Shown here in pieces: positions 18,747 to 28,692 of a stretch of 42,609 nucleotides of DNA. Each line of letters begins with the position of its first letter. The first letter of the stretch is position 1. A program made the translations under genes and the position numbers. This stretch comes from Elusimicrobiota bacterium (GTDB lineage: Bacteria; Elusimicrobiota; Elusimicrobia; Elusimicrobiales; UBA9959). The DNA is taken from assembly GCA_030639665.1 (NCBI GenBank), contig DAOWCC010000001.1, positions 1-42,609 on the forward strand. The letters run 5' to 3'. Below the pieces are notes generated by a model that searched no databases, had not been told where the DNA came from, and saw only the letters and a list, made by a program, of their open reading frames with translations.

Positions 18747-19619
18747 ATGAACAGTTTCAGGACTGAAGATAGTCAAAATATAACAAAAATAGTTCTAGGG
18801 ATATATTTATCCATAGCCTGTTTCCTTCTTATTTTTCCATCATCTTCATTTGTTTATTCAGCCAGAGCATTATTCAGTTATGTTTTGTATCCCTCGCTTG
18901 ATTACGGGGCTAAATCCGAATTTTATTTGCGCAATATTCCAAAAAATATTTCAAACCTTCTTGAAACCGATCAGGAAAATCGCCGTCTTTCAGTTTTGGT
19001 TAATAATAATATTATCGCTTTAAATCACGCCAATACACTTATAAAAGAAAATGAGAGGTTGGTTAAGCTTCTTGATTTAAGTTTTTCTTTTTCCTGGGAT
19101 GGAACTTGGGCCAGAATTATCAATAAGAGTCCAAATAATTGTTATAGTTCTTTTTTTATTGATAAAGGGGAGAATCATGGCATTAAGGTTAATTCCACCG
19201 TTATAGCCGCTCATGGGGCTAAAGTCGGTTTAGTGGGAAGGGTTTTTGAGGTGTATAATAAGTTTTCCAAAGTGGTTTTAATTACCGATAATAGATTTTC
19301 TTCTGTGGGTGTTTTTGGAAGAGATGAAACTGAAAGTTTGATATCCGGCGCCGGAAAGGAATTATTGAAAATGAGACATATTCCCATTAAAGCTGATATC
19401 GCCAAAAATACAGAGGTTTTTACTTCAAGAACCAGCATTCTTTTTCCTCAAGGTATTTCAATTGGCAGGGTGTCTAAAATATACTCTAAAAAAATGGTTA
19501 TGAATTTTATTGTGGCTGATCTTTTCCCAACCATCAGTATTGGTAATATTAAAGAGGTCTATATTATTAATCGAGAATTACCGAGAGAATTGCGAGATAT
19601 TAAGGATTTAAGGAAATAA
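18747..19619 (+). CDS. mreC: rod shape-determining protein MreC
   Basis: One N-terminal TM, a coiled segment, GLVGRVFEVYNKFSKVVLITDNRFSSVGV. GAGGG lies 5 nt before ATG 18747; the track starts at TTG 18735. Confidence 0.85.
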   Translation: MNSFRTEDSQNITKIVLGIYLSIACFLLIFPSSSFVYSARALFSYVLYPSLDYGAKSEFYLRNIPKNISNLLETDQENRRLSVLVNNNIIALNHANTLIKENERLVKLLDLSFSFSWDGTWARIINKSPNNCYSSFFIDKGENHGIKVNSTVIAAHGAKVGLVGRVFEVYNKFSKVVLITDNRFSSVGVFGRDETESLISGAGKELLKMRHIPIKADIAKNTEVFTSRTSILFPQGISIGRVSKIYSKKMVMNFIVADLFPTISIGNIKEVYIINRELPRELRDIKDLRK

Positions 19620-19625
19620 AAAATA

Positions 19626-20105
19626 ATGAAATTTTTTGGGAATATATTTGTGTTTATATTTGTAAGCGTGGTTTATTGGTTATTTAATAATAATTTTCCA
19701 CTTTTTTCCATAGCTCCGAATCTTCTTTTTACATCGGCTATTAGTCTGGCCATACTTTTAAATCCGGTGGTAGCTCTCAGCTTTTGTTTTTTTTGGGGTC
19801 TTTATATGGACATTATGGGCATCAATGCTTTTGGCGCTTATGCCTTGATTTATACGCTTACATGTTACGCGGTTCATATCAGTAAGAAGCATTTTGATTT
19901 CGATATGCCGATTCCTCAAATTATTCTTGTTTTTGTATTGTCTGTTTTGGCATTTTTATTTTATCAGCTTTTATCTTTGATATTTACGGATATTAATCCA
20001 TTGCGATTAAAAAGTTTATTGATAGAGCCAATTGTTAATTCTCTATTGATACCTTTTGTGTTTGCTATTTTTTATTATCTGAGAAGGAAATTGAAAATTC
20101 TATGA
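19626..20105 (+). CDS. mreD: rod shape-determining protein MreD
   Basis: 159-aa polytopic membrane protein between mreC and mrdA. Confidence 0.8.
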   Translation: MKFFGNIFVFIFVSVVYWLFNNNFPLFSIAPNLLFTSAISLAILLNPVVALSFCFFWGLYMDIMGINAFGAYALIYTLTCYAVHISKKHFDFDMPIPQIILVFVLSVLAFLFYQLLSLIFTDINPLRLKSLLIEPIVNSLLIPFVFAIFYYLRRKLKIL

Positions 20106-22096
20106 TTGGAAAGCAGCTGCCTCATAATCGGCTGAATTTTTTAAAAATTTCGGTTTATTTTCTAAGTTTACTTTTCGTATTGAAAGTCGTGAATCTTCAG
20201 ATATTAAGACACGACCATTATAAAGGTATTGCTGAGAGAAATAAAACTCAAATTATTTCTCAAACGGCTCCCAGAGGAAGAATCTTTACGAAAGACAAAG
20301 TTCTTGTAAGCGGCAGCCGGCCTTCTTTTTCCCTTGTTTATTTTCCTTTCGGTGATGCATCGGCTAAATATGCCGAAAGTCTTGCCGCCAGCCTTTCCAA
20401 ATATCTGGAAATGCCTCTTGATGATATTAAAAAAAAGCTTTTCCTTGCCGTAAAAAGAGGAACTCCCGTAAGAATCGCGGAAAATTTATCCGATCATAGT
20501 ATGTTTTTGATTAATGAACTTAAAACGGTTTATCAGGGCATTAATATTATTACCGAAGCGCAGAGATTTTATCCCATGAACGGGTTTTTAAGTCATCTTT
20601 TAGGATATATAGGTAAAATCAGTCCCGGCGAATGGAAGTATTTGCGTAATGACAGCAATTACAGCATGGATTCATATATAGGTAAAACGGGTATTGAAAA
20701 AAGATTTGAAAAAGATTTAAAAGGAGAAGATGGAGGTGTTTATTTGGAAGTTGATTCCAAAGGCCGGCTTATGCAAATCTTGGAAGGTAAAAAGAGTGTT
20801 GGAGGTTCAAATGTTTATTTGACCATAGATTCCAAGGCTCAAACCGCCGCGGAAGAAGGTTTGAGAGCTACGGGAAGCGGAAGCGGCGCTGTTGTGGCTA
20901 TTGATCCCCGCAATGGCGCCATTTTGGCTTTTGCTTCATTGCCGGATTATGATTTGAACGCTTTTGTTAAAAGCGCGGGTTCCAATAAAAATCTTAAAAA
21001 TATTAAAGAATTTAATTACGCGACGCAAGGCACTTTTCCTCCCGCTTCAATATTTAAAATCATAGTCGCGGCCGCGGGACTTGAAGCGGAAAAAATTGAT
21101 GTGAAGGAAGAAGTTTTTTGTCCGGGATATTTTGACGCCGGGGCTAGAGTTTTTAAATGCTGGAAAAAAAAAGGCCATGGCCTTATGGATTTTTATGAAG
21201 GCATGATTCATTCATGCGATGTTTATTACTATACGCTTGGCATAAAGACAGGCCCTTTAAGCATTGAGAAAATGGCTAAAAAATTTAGGCTCGGAGTTCC
21301 CACAGGCATTAAGATGCCCAATGAGAAAGCCGGGAATGTATTTGGGCCTTCAAGAAGAGCGAAGAAAAAAAGCTATTGGTTTATAGGAGATACTCTTAAT
21401 TTAAGCATTGGACAGGGAGAAATGTTGGTGACGCCCGTTCAAATGGCGCAGGTAATCGCGGTCGTAGCCAATAAGGGAAAGTTCTGGCAGCCTTATTATA
21501 TTGATAAAGTGGTGAATTTAAAGGGCTATGAAACATTCGCTTCAAAGCCTAAACTTGTAAGCTCGATAAATTTGAAAAAATCCACATGGGAGCATTTAAG
21601 GGAATCCGTAAGAAGAGTTGTTTTAGAAGGCACCGGTTATTCTGCCAGAATAAAAGGCGCAAATGTTTATGGCAAAACGGGAACAGCCCAGAATCCTCAC
21701 GGCGAAGATCATGCTTGGTTTGTGGCTTTCGCTCAAATAGATGATAAGCCTTCGGAAATCGCGGTTTGTGTTTTGGTTGAACATGGCGAGCATGGCTCTT
21801 CGGCGGCGGCGCCCATTGCCAAGCGCGTTATTGAAGCCGTTCTTAGAGATAAGTTGCCGAAGCCGCCAACGGTAGGCGACAGGCAGAAGGCAACAGGCGA
21901 TAGGCGAGAAGCAGGAGACAGGTTACAGGTAAAAGAGGACAGCAAACGGCTTAACGACACACAAAAAATAGAAAGCCGGCGGGTTGCGGGAGACAGGTCA
22001 CAGGAAGCAGGCATACAGGTAAAAGAGGACAGCAAGCAGCTTGATACAGCGCAAGGGGAAACAGATATTCCCAGTATTATGGAACAGGTAAATTAA
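20102..22096 (+). CDS. mrdA: penicillin-binding protein 2 (elongasome transpeptidase) with a repeat-derived C-terminal tail of about 75 aa
   Basis: SxxK (ASIFK), SxD (HSCD), KTGTA. The tail from about nt 21860 is low-complexity. Confidence 0.93.
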   Translation: MIGKQLPHNRLNFLKISVYFLSLLFVLKVVNLQILRHDHYKGIAERNKTQIISQTAPRGRIFTKDKVLVSGSRPSFSLVYFPFGDASAKYAESLAASLSKYLEMPLDDIKKKLFLAVKRGTPVRIAENLSDHSMFLINELKTVYQGINIITEAQRFYPMNGFLSHLLGYIGKISPGEWKYLRNDSNYSMDSYIGKTGIEKRFEKDLKGEDGGVYLEVDSKGRLMQILEGKKSVGGSNVYLTIDSKAQTAAEEGLRATGSGSGAVVAIDPRNGAILAFASLPDYDLNAFVKSAGSNKNLKNIKEFNYATQGTFPPASIFKIIVAAAGLEAEKIDVKEEVFCPGYFDAGARVFKCWKKKGHGLMDFYEGMIHSCDVYYYTLGIKTGPLSIEKMAKKFRLGVPTGIKMPNEKAGNVFGPSRRAKKKSYWFIGDTLNLSIGQGEMLVTPVQMAQVIAVVANKGKFWQPYYIDKVVNLKGYETFASKPKLVSSINLKKSTWEHLRESVRRVVLEGTGYSARIKGANVYGKTGTAQNPHGEDHAWFVAFAQIDDKPSEIAVCVLVEHGEHGSSAAAPIAKRVIEAVLRDKLPKPPTVGDRQKATGDRREAGDRLQVKEDSKRLNDTQKIESRRVAGDRSQEAGIQVKEDSKQLDTAQGETDIPSIMEQVN

Positions 22097-22099
22097 AAA

Positions 22100-23437
22100 A
22101 TGTTTTTACAGAAATCAAAAATAAAGAAAAGTCGAATAGATTGGTTTTTTTTGGGAGCTATTGCCATATTATTGATAATAGGGACAATATCCATTTTTTC
22201 TTCAGTGGCGGCTCTCGGCAATCAGGCCAGGATAGTAAGAACGCATCTTTTGGCTCTTCCAATCGCGTTTACGGCTTTTCTTTTTGTATGGAATTTTAAT
22301 TATCAGGTTTTTCAAGATCAATGGAAAATTGTTTATGCCGCCATAATTATAGCTTTAACGGGAGTATTGTTTTTTGGCATTGCCGATAAAGGAGCTCAAT
22401 CATGGTTTAGGCTTCCGTTTTTTTCCGTTCAGCCTTCGGAATTCGCGAGAATAGGGTTGATACTTGTTATGGCGAATTATCTTGATAAAAGTATCGGTAA
22501 AATAAAAGAATTTTCGACGGTTTTAATCGCTTTGGGGATATCGGCTCCTGTTTTTTTCTTGCTTATTAAACAGCCTGATTTTTCAGCTATTTTGACAATG
22601 CTGCCCATAGTTTTAATAATGCTTTTTTGCGCGGGCGCGAGATTATTTCATATTTTTATAATCATGGGTTTTGCTTTTACAACCGCTTTATTGCCGATTC
22701 TGTGGACTATGATAGATTTAAATCCCAATCTTATGCAAAATTCTTTCATAAATTTCTTTTACAGTCTTTCTCGGTTTAACTGGTATTTAGCCGCGGTTTT
22801 GGCGGGATTAATTGTTTTCGCGTATATATTTTGGTTTGTATTTTCAAAATTTTACCGGAATATATCAAAACTTTATTTTGTCGGCATAGCGCTGGTTATA
22901 GCATTGGGTTTATTTTCGGGAATCATCGTAAAAAAGCAAATGAAATATTATCAGCAGAAGAGACTTGAAGTATTTCTTTCTCCCAATACCGATCCCAAGG
23001 GGGCCGGCTATAATTTAATTCAGGCGCAGGTGGCGATAGGTTCGGGCGGACTTATGGGAAAGGGAGTTTTTTCCGGCACGCAGGCAAAACTGGGTTTTGT
23101 TCCCGAGAGGCATACTGATTTTATTTTGGCGGTAATAGGCGAGGAAATGGGATTTGTCGGCATAATATTGGTTATGGGTTTATATATTTTTCTAATGAGA
23201 AGAATTGTAAGTACCGCTTATATAGCGCGAGACAGGTTTGGCTATTTGGTGAATTGCGGGATATTCGGTATGTTTATGGTTTATTTTAGCGTTAATTTCG
23301 GTATGCTTTTGGGTTTAAATCCCGTCGCGGGCGTGCCATTGCCGTTATTATCTTATGGCGGTTCAAATTTGGTTTCAACCATGATTGCGATAGGAATAAC
23401 GCAATCCATTTATTCCAGAAGGTACGCGTTGACATAA
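22100..23437 (+). CDS. rodA: rod shape-determining protein RodA (SEDS family)
   Basis: FtsW/RodA/SpoVE profile: QPSEFARIG, PERHTDFI, PLPLLSYGGS. Confidence 0.93.
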   Translation: MFLQKSKIKKSRIDWFFLGAIAILLIIGTISIFSSVAALGNQARIVRTHLLALPIAFTAFLFVWNFNYQVFQDQWKIVYAAIIIALTGVLFFGIADKGAQSWFRLPFFSVQPSEFARIGLILVMANYLDKSIGKIKEFSTVLIALGISAPVFFLLIKQPDFSAILTMLPIVLIMLFCAGARLFHIFIIMGFAFTTALLPILWTMIDLNPNLMQNSFINFFYSLSRFNWYLAAVLAGLIVFAYIFWFVFSKFYRNISKLYFVGIALVIALGLFSGIIVKKQMKYYQQKRLEVFLSPNTDPKGAGYNLIQAQVAIGSGGLMGKGVFSGTQAKLGFVPERHTDFILAVIGEEMGFVGIILVMGLYIFLMRRIVSTAYIARDRFGYLVNCGIFGMFMVYFSVNFGMLLGLNPVAGVPLPLLSYGGSNLVSTMIAIGITQSIYSRRYALT

Positions 23438-23450
23438 AATGGAGGACTGG

Positions 23451-23486
23451 AAGATTAGAGGATTAGAAGATTAGCAACAGCAAAAG
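23451..23486 (+). repeat. Tandem octamer A(A/G)GATTAG x3 followed by CAACAGCAAAAG
   Basis: aagattag (23451), aggattag (23459), aagattag (23467), then caacagcaaaag. A related array lies at 25859-25909. Confidence 0.7.
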
Positions 23487-23647
23487 ACAAAGAAAAGGAG
23501 CAAGGTAAGAGGCCAGAAACGATAAGAAAAACGGAAAGTAGAAAACAGATTTTTAAGTTATGAGCTTAGTGGTCTCTGTGCCTCCGTGTGAGAAAAAAAT
23601 AATTCCACACAAAGACGCCAAGACACGAAGAAAGGCAAGCAGCGAGA

Positions 23648-24358
23648 ATGATGAAAATTATGAATGAAATTAAAGATATGGATAAAGTTCTTTCTCCGAA
23701 ATACAGATTGCGGATTAAATTTTCCAGAACCGGAGAAGCCGGAAATATGACTCATTTACAGCAAATGAAAAAGGTTCGTGAGGGATTTTCTTTATCGGAG
23801 ATTCCCGTTTTTAAGACGAATAATAAAAGATCCGTTCCTAAAATTTCATTTGGTCCCGCCATTAGCATGGGCTATGAAAGTTTATGTGAATTCGCGGATG
23901 TTTATTTAACGGGTTTGACACAAGAGAAAGAGATAAAAGCCATATTTGATAAAATGAAAGCTCAGGGAATTAATTTTGTTTCGGCTAAAAGAATTCCTTT
24001 ATTGTTTCCTTCGCTTGAATCAAGCGTAAACGCGGTGGAGTATGAAGTGCGGGGAGAATTTCCCGATAATTTTTCTCAAGATAAAATTAATCAAGCTCTT
24101 TTAAAGAGCGAGTTGATTTTTGAGAAGATTAAAGAAGGCAAGAGTCCGAAAAAAATAAATTTCAGACCGCTTATAATTAAAATGGAGTATAGTAAAAAAG
24201 AAGGCGCAGTGGTTTTGGTTTTAAAAATTGAACCGGGCTTTAATATTAAGCCTGAAAACGCCCTGAGTGTTATTGCCGGAAATTCGGTAAAAATAACGGG
24301 TATCTTAAAAAAACAGCTCTACTGGATTAATTCCGGCGGAGAATTCGAGGTTTTCTAA
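23648..24358 (+). CDS. DUF2344-type radical-SAM-linked protein (TIGR03936-like)
   Basis: YRLRIKFSRTGEAGNMTHLQQMKKVREGF...PKISFGPAISMGYESLCEFADVYL fits the family pattern as I recall it. Start codon uncertain (several ATGs at 23648-23690). Confidence 0.65.
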   Translation: MMKIMNEIKDMDKVLSPKYRLRIKFSRTGEAGNMTHLQQMKKVREGFSLSEIPVFKTNNKRSVPKISFGPAISMGYESLCEFADVYLTGLTQEKEIKAIFDKMKAQGINFVSAKRIPLLFPSLESSVNAVEYEVRGEFPDNFSQDKINQALLKSELIFEKIKEGKSPKKINFRPLIIKMEYSKKEGAVVLVLKIEPGFNIKPENALSVIAGNSVKITGILKKQLYWINSGGEFEVF

Positions 24359-24359
24359 T

Positions 24360-25853
24360 ATGAATAAAAGATCTGTAGATTCGTCTAATAAAAAAACAGC
24401 TTCACAGGTAAAAACTAAATTCAAAAAAGAAATTTTTGCCAATACATCCTTTGAAGAAACAAGAATTGCCATTATGGAGAATGATAATTTGGCTGAGCTT
24501 TTTTGGGAGCGGCGCGGAACGGCCAATATCGTGGGCAATATTTATAAAGGCACGGTGGAAAATGTCCTTCCCGGGATATCAAGCGCGTTTATAAATATAG
24601 GGCTTGATAAAAACGCCTATATATATATATCGGATGTTTTGGGTAATCATAGAGACGGCATAGAAAGACTGTTAAAAAGAAATCAGCAGGTTATGGTGCA
24701 AGTTGCCAAGGATGCCATTAGCACCAAAGGAATGAAAGTTACTATGGATATTTCCTTGCCGGGCCGTTTTTTAGTGTTAACGCCTTTTCAAGAATTTGTG
24801 GGCGTTTCCAAGAATATAGATAATCATGAAGAACGCAAGAGACTGAGCGAGATTATTAAGAAAATCGCCAAATCAAATAACTTGGACAAAAAAGGATGTA
24901 TTGTAAGAACGGAGGCGGAGGGCGCCAGCACGAAAGAGCTTGAAAGAGAGATTAAGTATCTTATTCGCACTTGGGAATCCATAGAAAAACGCTTTGAGTC
25001 TTCAAGGTCTCCCAGTGTTTTGCATAAGGATATGGGCTTAACTCTTCAAATGGCGAGAGATATCTTATCCGATGAAGTTTCCATCTATATGCTCGACAAT
25101 AAAGAAGAATATAATAATGTTGTGGATTTTGTTAAGAAAATTTCGCCGGAATTAAAAGATAAAATTAAATTATATACTAATAAAACACCTATTTTTAAGG
25201 CTTTCGATATTGAAAAATTCATCGCGGAATTAAGAAAAATAAAAGTCGGCTTGCCCAATGGCGGCAGTATAATAATACAAGAGGCGGAATCTTTATGCGC
25301 TATAGATGTTAATACAGGGCGCTTTACCGGATCCCGCTCTCAAGAAGAAACGGTAACGCTGACCAATGTGGAAGCCGCGCGGGAAGTGGCCCGGCAATTG
25401 CGGCTTAGAAATATCGGAGGAATAATAGTCATAGATTTTATTGATATGAAGAGAGCCTCAAACAGGCATCGTATAGTAAACACTCTTGAGAAATCGGTTA
25501 GAAGAGACAGGGCTAAAATAAGAATTTTGCCGATAACCCGCCTCGGTCTTGTTGAGATGACAAGGGAGAGAAAAAGGGAGAGTACTGTAAGTCTTCTTAC
25601 CGAAGAATGTCCCGAATGCCATGGTTCGGGCAGAGTTCTTTCTTCTGAAAGCATAAGAATAAAAATACAGCGGGAAATTCAGAATATGACCTCGGGCCGT
25701 CCCGGCGGAAATTTAAGAATTATTGTACACCCGATGATACTTGAAATATTGAAGAAGAAGCAGAATATAATTGAAAAAAATGTGCATAGAAGCGTAAAAT
25801 TATTTTCAGATCCTATGCTTACATGGGAAGATTATAGATTGATACTGGAATAA
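24360..25853 (+). CDS. rng: Rne/Rng-family ribonuclease (RNase G-like)
   Basis: S1 domain NIYKGTVENVLPGISSAFINIG; AIDVNTGRFTG; VIDFIDM; Zn-link CPECHGSG. Confidence 0.9.
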   Translation: MNKRSVDSSNKKTASQVKTKFKKEIFANTSFEETRIAIMENDNLAELFWERRGTANIVGNIYKGTVENVLPGISSAFINIGLDKNAYIYISDVLGNHRDGIERLLKRNQQVMVQVAKDAISTKGMKVTMDISLPGRFLVLTPFQEFVGVSKNIDNHEERKRLSEIIKKIAKSNNLDKKGCIVRTEAEGASTKELEREIKYLIRTWESIEKRFESSRSPSVLHKDMGLTLQMARDILSDEVSIYMLDNKEEYNNVVDFVKKISPELKDKIKLYTNKTPIFKAFDIEKFIAELRKIKVGLPNGGSIIIQEAESLCAIDVNTGRFTGSRSQEETVTLTNVEAAREVARQLRLRNIGGIIVIDFIDMKRASNRHRIVNTLEKSVRRDRAKIRILPITRLGLVEMTRERKRESTVSLLTEECPECHGSGRVLSSESIRIKIQREIQNMTSGRPGGNLRIIVHPMILEILKKKQNIIEKNVHRSVKLFSDPMLTWEDYRLILE

Positions 25854-25858
25854 GAAGA

Positions 25859-25909
25859 AGTGTTAGAGGATTAGAGGAATGGAGGAATAGATGATTAGCA
25901 ACGGCAAAG
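25859..25909 (+). repeat. Degenerate tandem octamer array (AGGATTAG-like, x4-5) followed by CAACGGCAAAG
   Basis: tgttag, aggattag (25867), aggaatgg (25875), aggaatag (25883), atgattag (25891), then caacggcaaag. Confidence 0.65.
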
Positions 25910-25966
25910 AAAAACAGAGCTTCCTTATTCTTCTTGCTTCACACCTATTGTTTTTGGAGGATTTTG

Positions 25967-27688
25967 ATGAGTAAATATTTTAAAAAACTAAATTTGGTTT
26001 TATTGTCATTATTGCTTTTTTCTTCCATGGCTTATGCCAAGATGACTAAAATTGTTTTTATGAAAAACGGCTCCTATGTCGGAAAAATCAATACATATAT
26101 TCTTAACGACAATATATATATGGATGCCTCCAGAACCGCTAAGCTTTTGGGTGGTAAAATTTACTGGTATCCCGTTTCCGGCAAATTGTTTTTTCAGGTG
26201 AAAGGAAATAAGATTGTTTTTTATCGCGATAAGGACGAGATAATTCTAAATAAAAAAAGAGTATCAGTGCCACGGCCTTATATAGTGAGAGGAGGAAAAG
26301 CTTTTATTTCAAAAGATTTTTTGACATCAAAGCATTTTTCCACGGCCTTTAATTTCAGGCTCGCTTATAATAAAAAGACGGGCATTATTGAGGAGGCGCA
26401 TAGCGTTAATATCAATTCCATGAACCATTTTTCATATAAAGACAGAACGAGAATGGTTATTTATATGTCGGAGAAGTTAAAGTTTCAGGAAAGCCTGAAA
26501 GAAAGAAATCTTTTAAGTATCAATATTTTGGGCGGTGTTCTGTATGATACTGAAAAAATAAGCATAAATAACGGAATAATCAAAAATATTGAAATGTTCC
26601 AAGAGAATAAATATGCCAGATTTGGAGTTTCTCTCGGACAGAATTTTAAAGAATATAAAAGTTTTACTTTAAAAAATCCGGACAGGTTGATTTTTGATAT
26701 ATATGGCGTAAACGCGGCCGGAAATAAGAATGACATTGCTCCTCCTATTATTGAGCCGAGCGCGGACGCGAATGACAGTGATATTCCCGTTATAGCTCCG
26801 CCTTCAAATAGTGTGAAAGAGGGCGCGGGCGCGGCTCCTGAGATTACCGTTAATGGCGGCGCAAGTTCAATGGTTCCGAGTTCTTTGGGCGCTCCGTCCG
26901 TTTTGTCAAATGCAGGGCAAAACTCCAATCAAGAGAAAGAAAGCTCAAAAAAATTGTCTTCTCGAGAAAAGCCGAATATTCCCGACAAAATGGTTTTGAG
27001 TAAATCGGGAATAAAAAGAATAGTCATAGATCCAGGACATGGCGGAAGAGACGGCGGCGGGCGCCAAATATTCGGACTAAAAGAAAAAACTCTCAATTTA
27101 AAAGTGGCGAAACTTCTTTTGTGGAAACTGGAAAAGGTGAAAGGGTTTAAGGTTTTACTGACCAGAGATTCGGATGTTTTTGTTCCTTTGCGCAAGAGAT
27201 CTAAAATCGCCAATGATTATGGCGCCGATTTATTTATATCCATTCATGCCAACGCTTCAAGACATAAAAGAAATCAAGGATTTGAAATATATTTTATGTC
27301 GGAGAACGCGTCGGATCCGTGGGCGGCGGAAGTGGCGGATTATGAAAACTCCGTGATCAGATTTGAAGAAAAAACGGAAGAGCCCGATCCCGCGGCTTTG
27401 CTTTTGCATTCATTGGCAAGAAATGAATATATGAATGAAGGAAGCAAATTGGCGGGTTATGTTGCCAAAGAATTTGATAAGAGAACTCCCTTCGTAAATC
27501 GCGGCGTAAAACAGGCGGCCTTTTATGTTCTAAGGGGAACTTACGCGCCGGGCATTCTTGTGGAAATGGGGTTTATGACCAATCGCAAAGACCAGACCAA
27601 TTTATGCAAGCTTAGCGTGAGAAAAAAAATTGCCGACTCCATATATAGAGGCGTGCTTAATTACGCCAAGTCAAAAAATTGGAAATAA
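25967..27688 (+). CDS. N-acetylmuramoyl-L-alanine amidase (Amidase_3) with signal peptide, N-terminal beta-rich domains and a Pro/Ser/Ala linker
   Basis: Signal MSKYFKKLNLVLLSLLLFSSMAYA. IVIDPGHGGRDGG, FISIHANA, ILVEMGFMTN. GGAGG lies 6 nt before ATG 25967. Confidence 0.9.
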   Translation: MSKYFKKLNLVLLSLLLFSSMAYAKMTKIVFMKNGSYVGKINTYILNDNIYMDASRTAKLLGGKIYWYPVSGKLFFQVKGNKIVFYRDKDEIILNKKRVSVPRPYIVRGGKAFISKDFLTSKHFSTAFNFRLAYNKKTGIIEEAHSVNINSMNHFSYKDRTRMVIYMSEKLKFQESLKERNLLSINILGGVLYDTEKISINNGIIKNIEMFQENKYARFGVSLGQNFKEYKSFTLKNPDRLIFDIYGVNAAGNKNDIAPPIIEPSADANDSDIPVIAPPSNSVKEGAGAAPEITVNGGASSMVPSSLGAPSVLSNAGQNSNQEKESSKKLSSREKPNIPDKMVLSKSGIKRIVIDPGHGGRDGGGRQIFGLKEKTLNLKVAKLLLWKLEKVKGFKVLLTRDSDVFVPLRKRSKIANDYGADLFISIHANASRHKRNQGFEIYFMSENASDPWAAEVADYENSVIRFEEKTEEPDPAALLLHSLARNEYMNEGSKLAGYVAKEFDKRTPFVNRGVKQAAFYVLRGTYAPGILVEMGFMTNRKDQTNLCKLSVRKKIADSIYRGVLNYAKSKNWK

Positions 27689-27742
27689 CAACAAATAGGG
27701 AGAGGGTTTAGGGTAGAGTTGAAGAAAACTCTAAACTATTTT

Positions 27743-28543
27743 ATGATGAATAAAAAACAACCTATCGGCATATTTGATTCCGGCTTTGGGGGACTTACCG
27801 TTTTTAAGGCTGTTAGAAAATTAATGCCGGGCGAAAATATTATTTATTTTGGGGATACGGCCAGGGTTCCTTATGGAACCAAATCCGCCGATTCCGTGAT
27901 AGGTTTTTCCAAACAAATTTCCGAATATTTGATGTCAAAAAAAATTAAAATGCTTGTTGTGGCGTGCAATACTTCAAGCGCTCTCGCTCTTGATAAGCTC
28001 AGAAGAAGCGTGAAAGCGCCGGTAATAGGGGTTATTCATCCAAGCGTAAATGCCGTTTGCGCGGACGAGAAAAATAAAAAAATTCTCATTCTTGCCACAA
28101 GTTCCACCGTTAAAAGCCGCGCGTATTCAAAACAGCTAAATAAAAAAAATAAAAACCTTTTAGTATATGAAAAAGCATGTCCTCTTTTTGTGCCGATTAT
28201 TGAAGAGGGTTGTTCGGGCAAGAATTTTGCCAAGCAAATAGTCAAGGAATATTTATTGCCTTTAAAGAAAAAGAAATTTGACGCTATGATATTGGGGTGT
28301 ACGCATTATCCAATACTGAAAAAGGTTATTAAAGAGGTAATGGGAAAAAGGGTAACCGTGATTAACTCTTCCGCGCAGGCCGCGTTGAAGGTTTATGAGA
28401 AATTATTTGATTTGAATTTGCTTAATAAATCAAAGAGAGGAAAGGATAGTTTCATAGTAAGCGATGATCCGAAAAAATTTACGGCGCTTGCCGGACAATT
28501 GCTTGATATTGAAATAAAGAAACTTGAAATCAAGAGATTTTAA
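27743..28543 (+). CDS. murI: glutamate racemase
   Basis: IGIFDSGFGGLTV, VVACNTSS, LGCTHYP. Confidence 0.94.
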   Translation: MMNKKQPIGIFDSGFGGLTVFKAVRKLMPGENIIYFGDTARVPYGTKSADSVIGFSKQISEYLMSKKIKMLVVACNTSSALALDKLRRSVKAPVIGVIHPSVNAVCADEKNKKILILATSSTVKSRAYSKQLNKKNKNLLVYEKACPLFVPIIEEGCSGKNFAKQIVKEYLLPLKKKKFDAMILGCTHYPILKKVIKEVMGKRVTVINSSAQAALKVYEKLFDLNLLNKSKRGKDSFIVSDDPKKFTALAGQLLDIEIKKLEIKRF

Positions 28544-28563
28544 GAATATATTGGAATTGGATA

Positions 28564-28592
28564 CCCCCGGTAATATTTGCCGAGGTTTTTTA
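28564..28592 (+). terminator. Weak candidate intrinsic terminator after murI
   Basis: ccccgg (28565-28570) / ccgagg (28580-28585), 5 of 6 bp, followed by T6. Confidence 0.3.
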
Positions 28593-28619
28593 ATTTGATA
28601 GAATATGTTTTCAATTACC

Positions 28620-28677
28620 CTTACCACCTGCTTATGAGCCGAAAGGCGAATCTCGGGATTCGCAAGCAGATGGTAGG
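28620..28677 (+). promoter_or_regulatory. Nested stem-loop immediately upstream of hicA
   Basis: Outer stem cttaccacctgctt (28620-28633) / aagcagatggtagg (28664-28677), 13 of 14 positions. Inner perfect hairpin gcgaatc-tcgg-gattcgc (28646-28663). It ends 15 nt before ATG 28693. Confidence 0.4.
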
Positions 28678-28692
28678 GTTAGTGAGGTTTAT

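Noticed and set aside
23558-23755. 65-aa minus-strand ORF spanning the rodA/DUF2344 spacer and the DUF2344 5' end
   Set aside because: It is antisense to a supported gene, has no RBS, and partly runs through repeat sequence.
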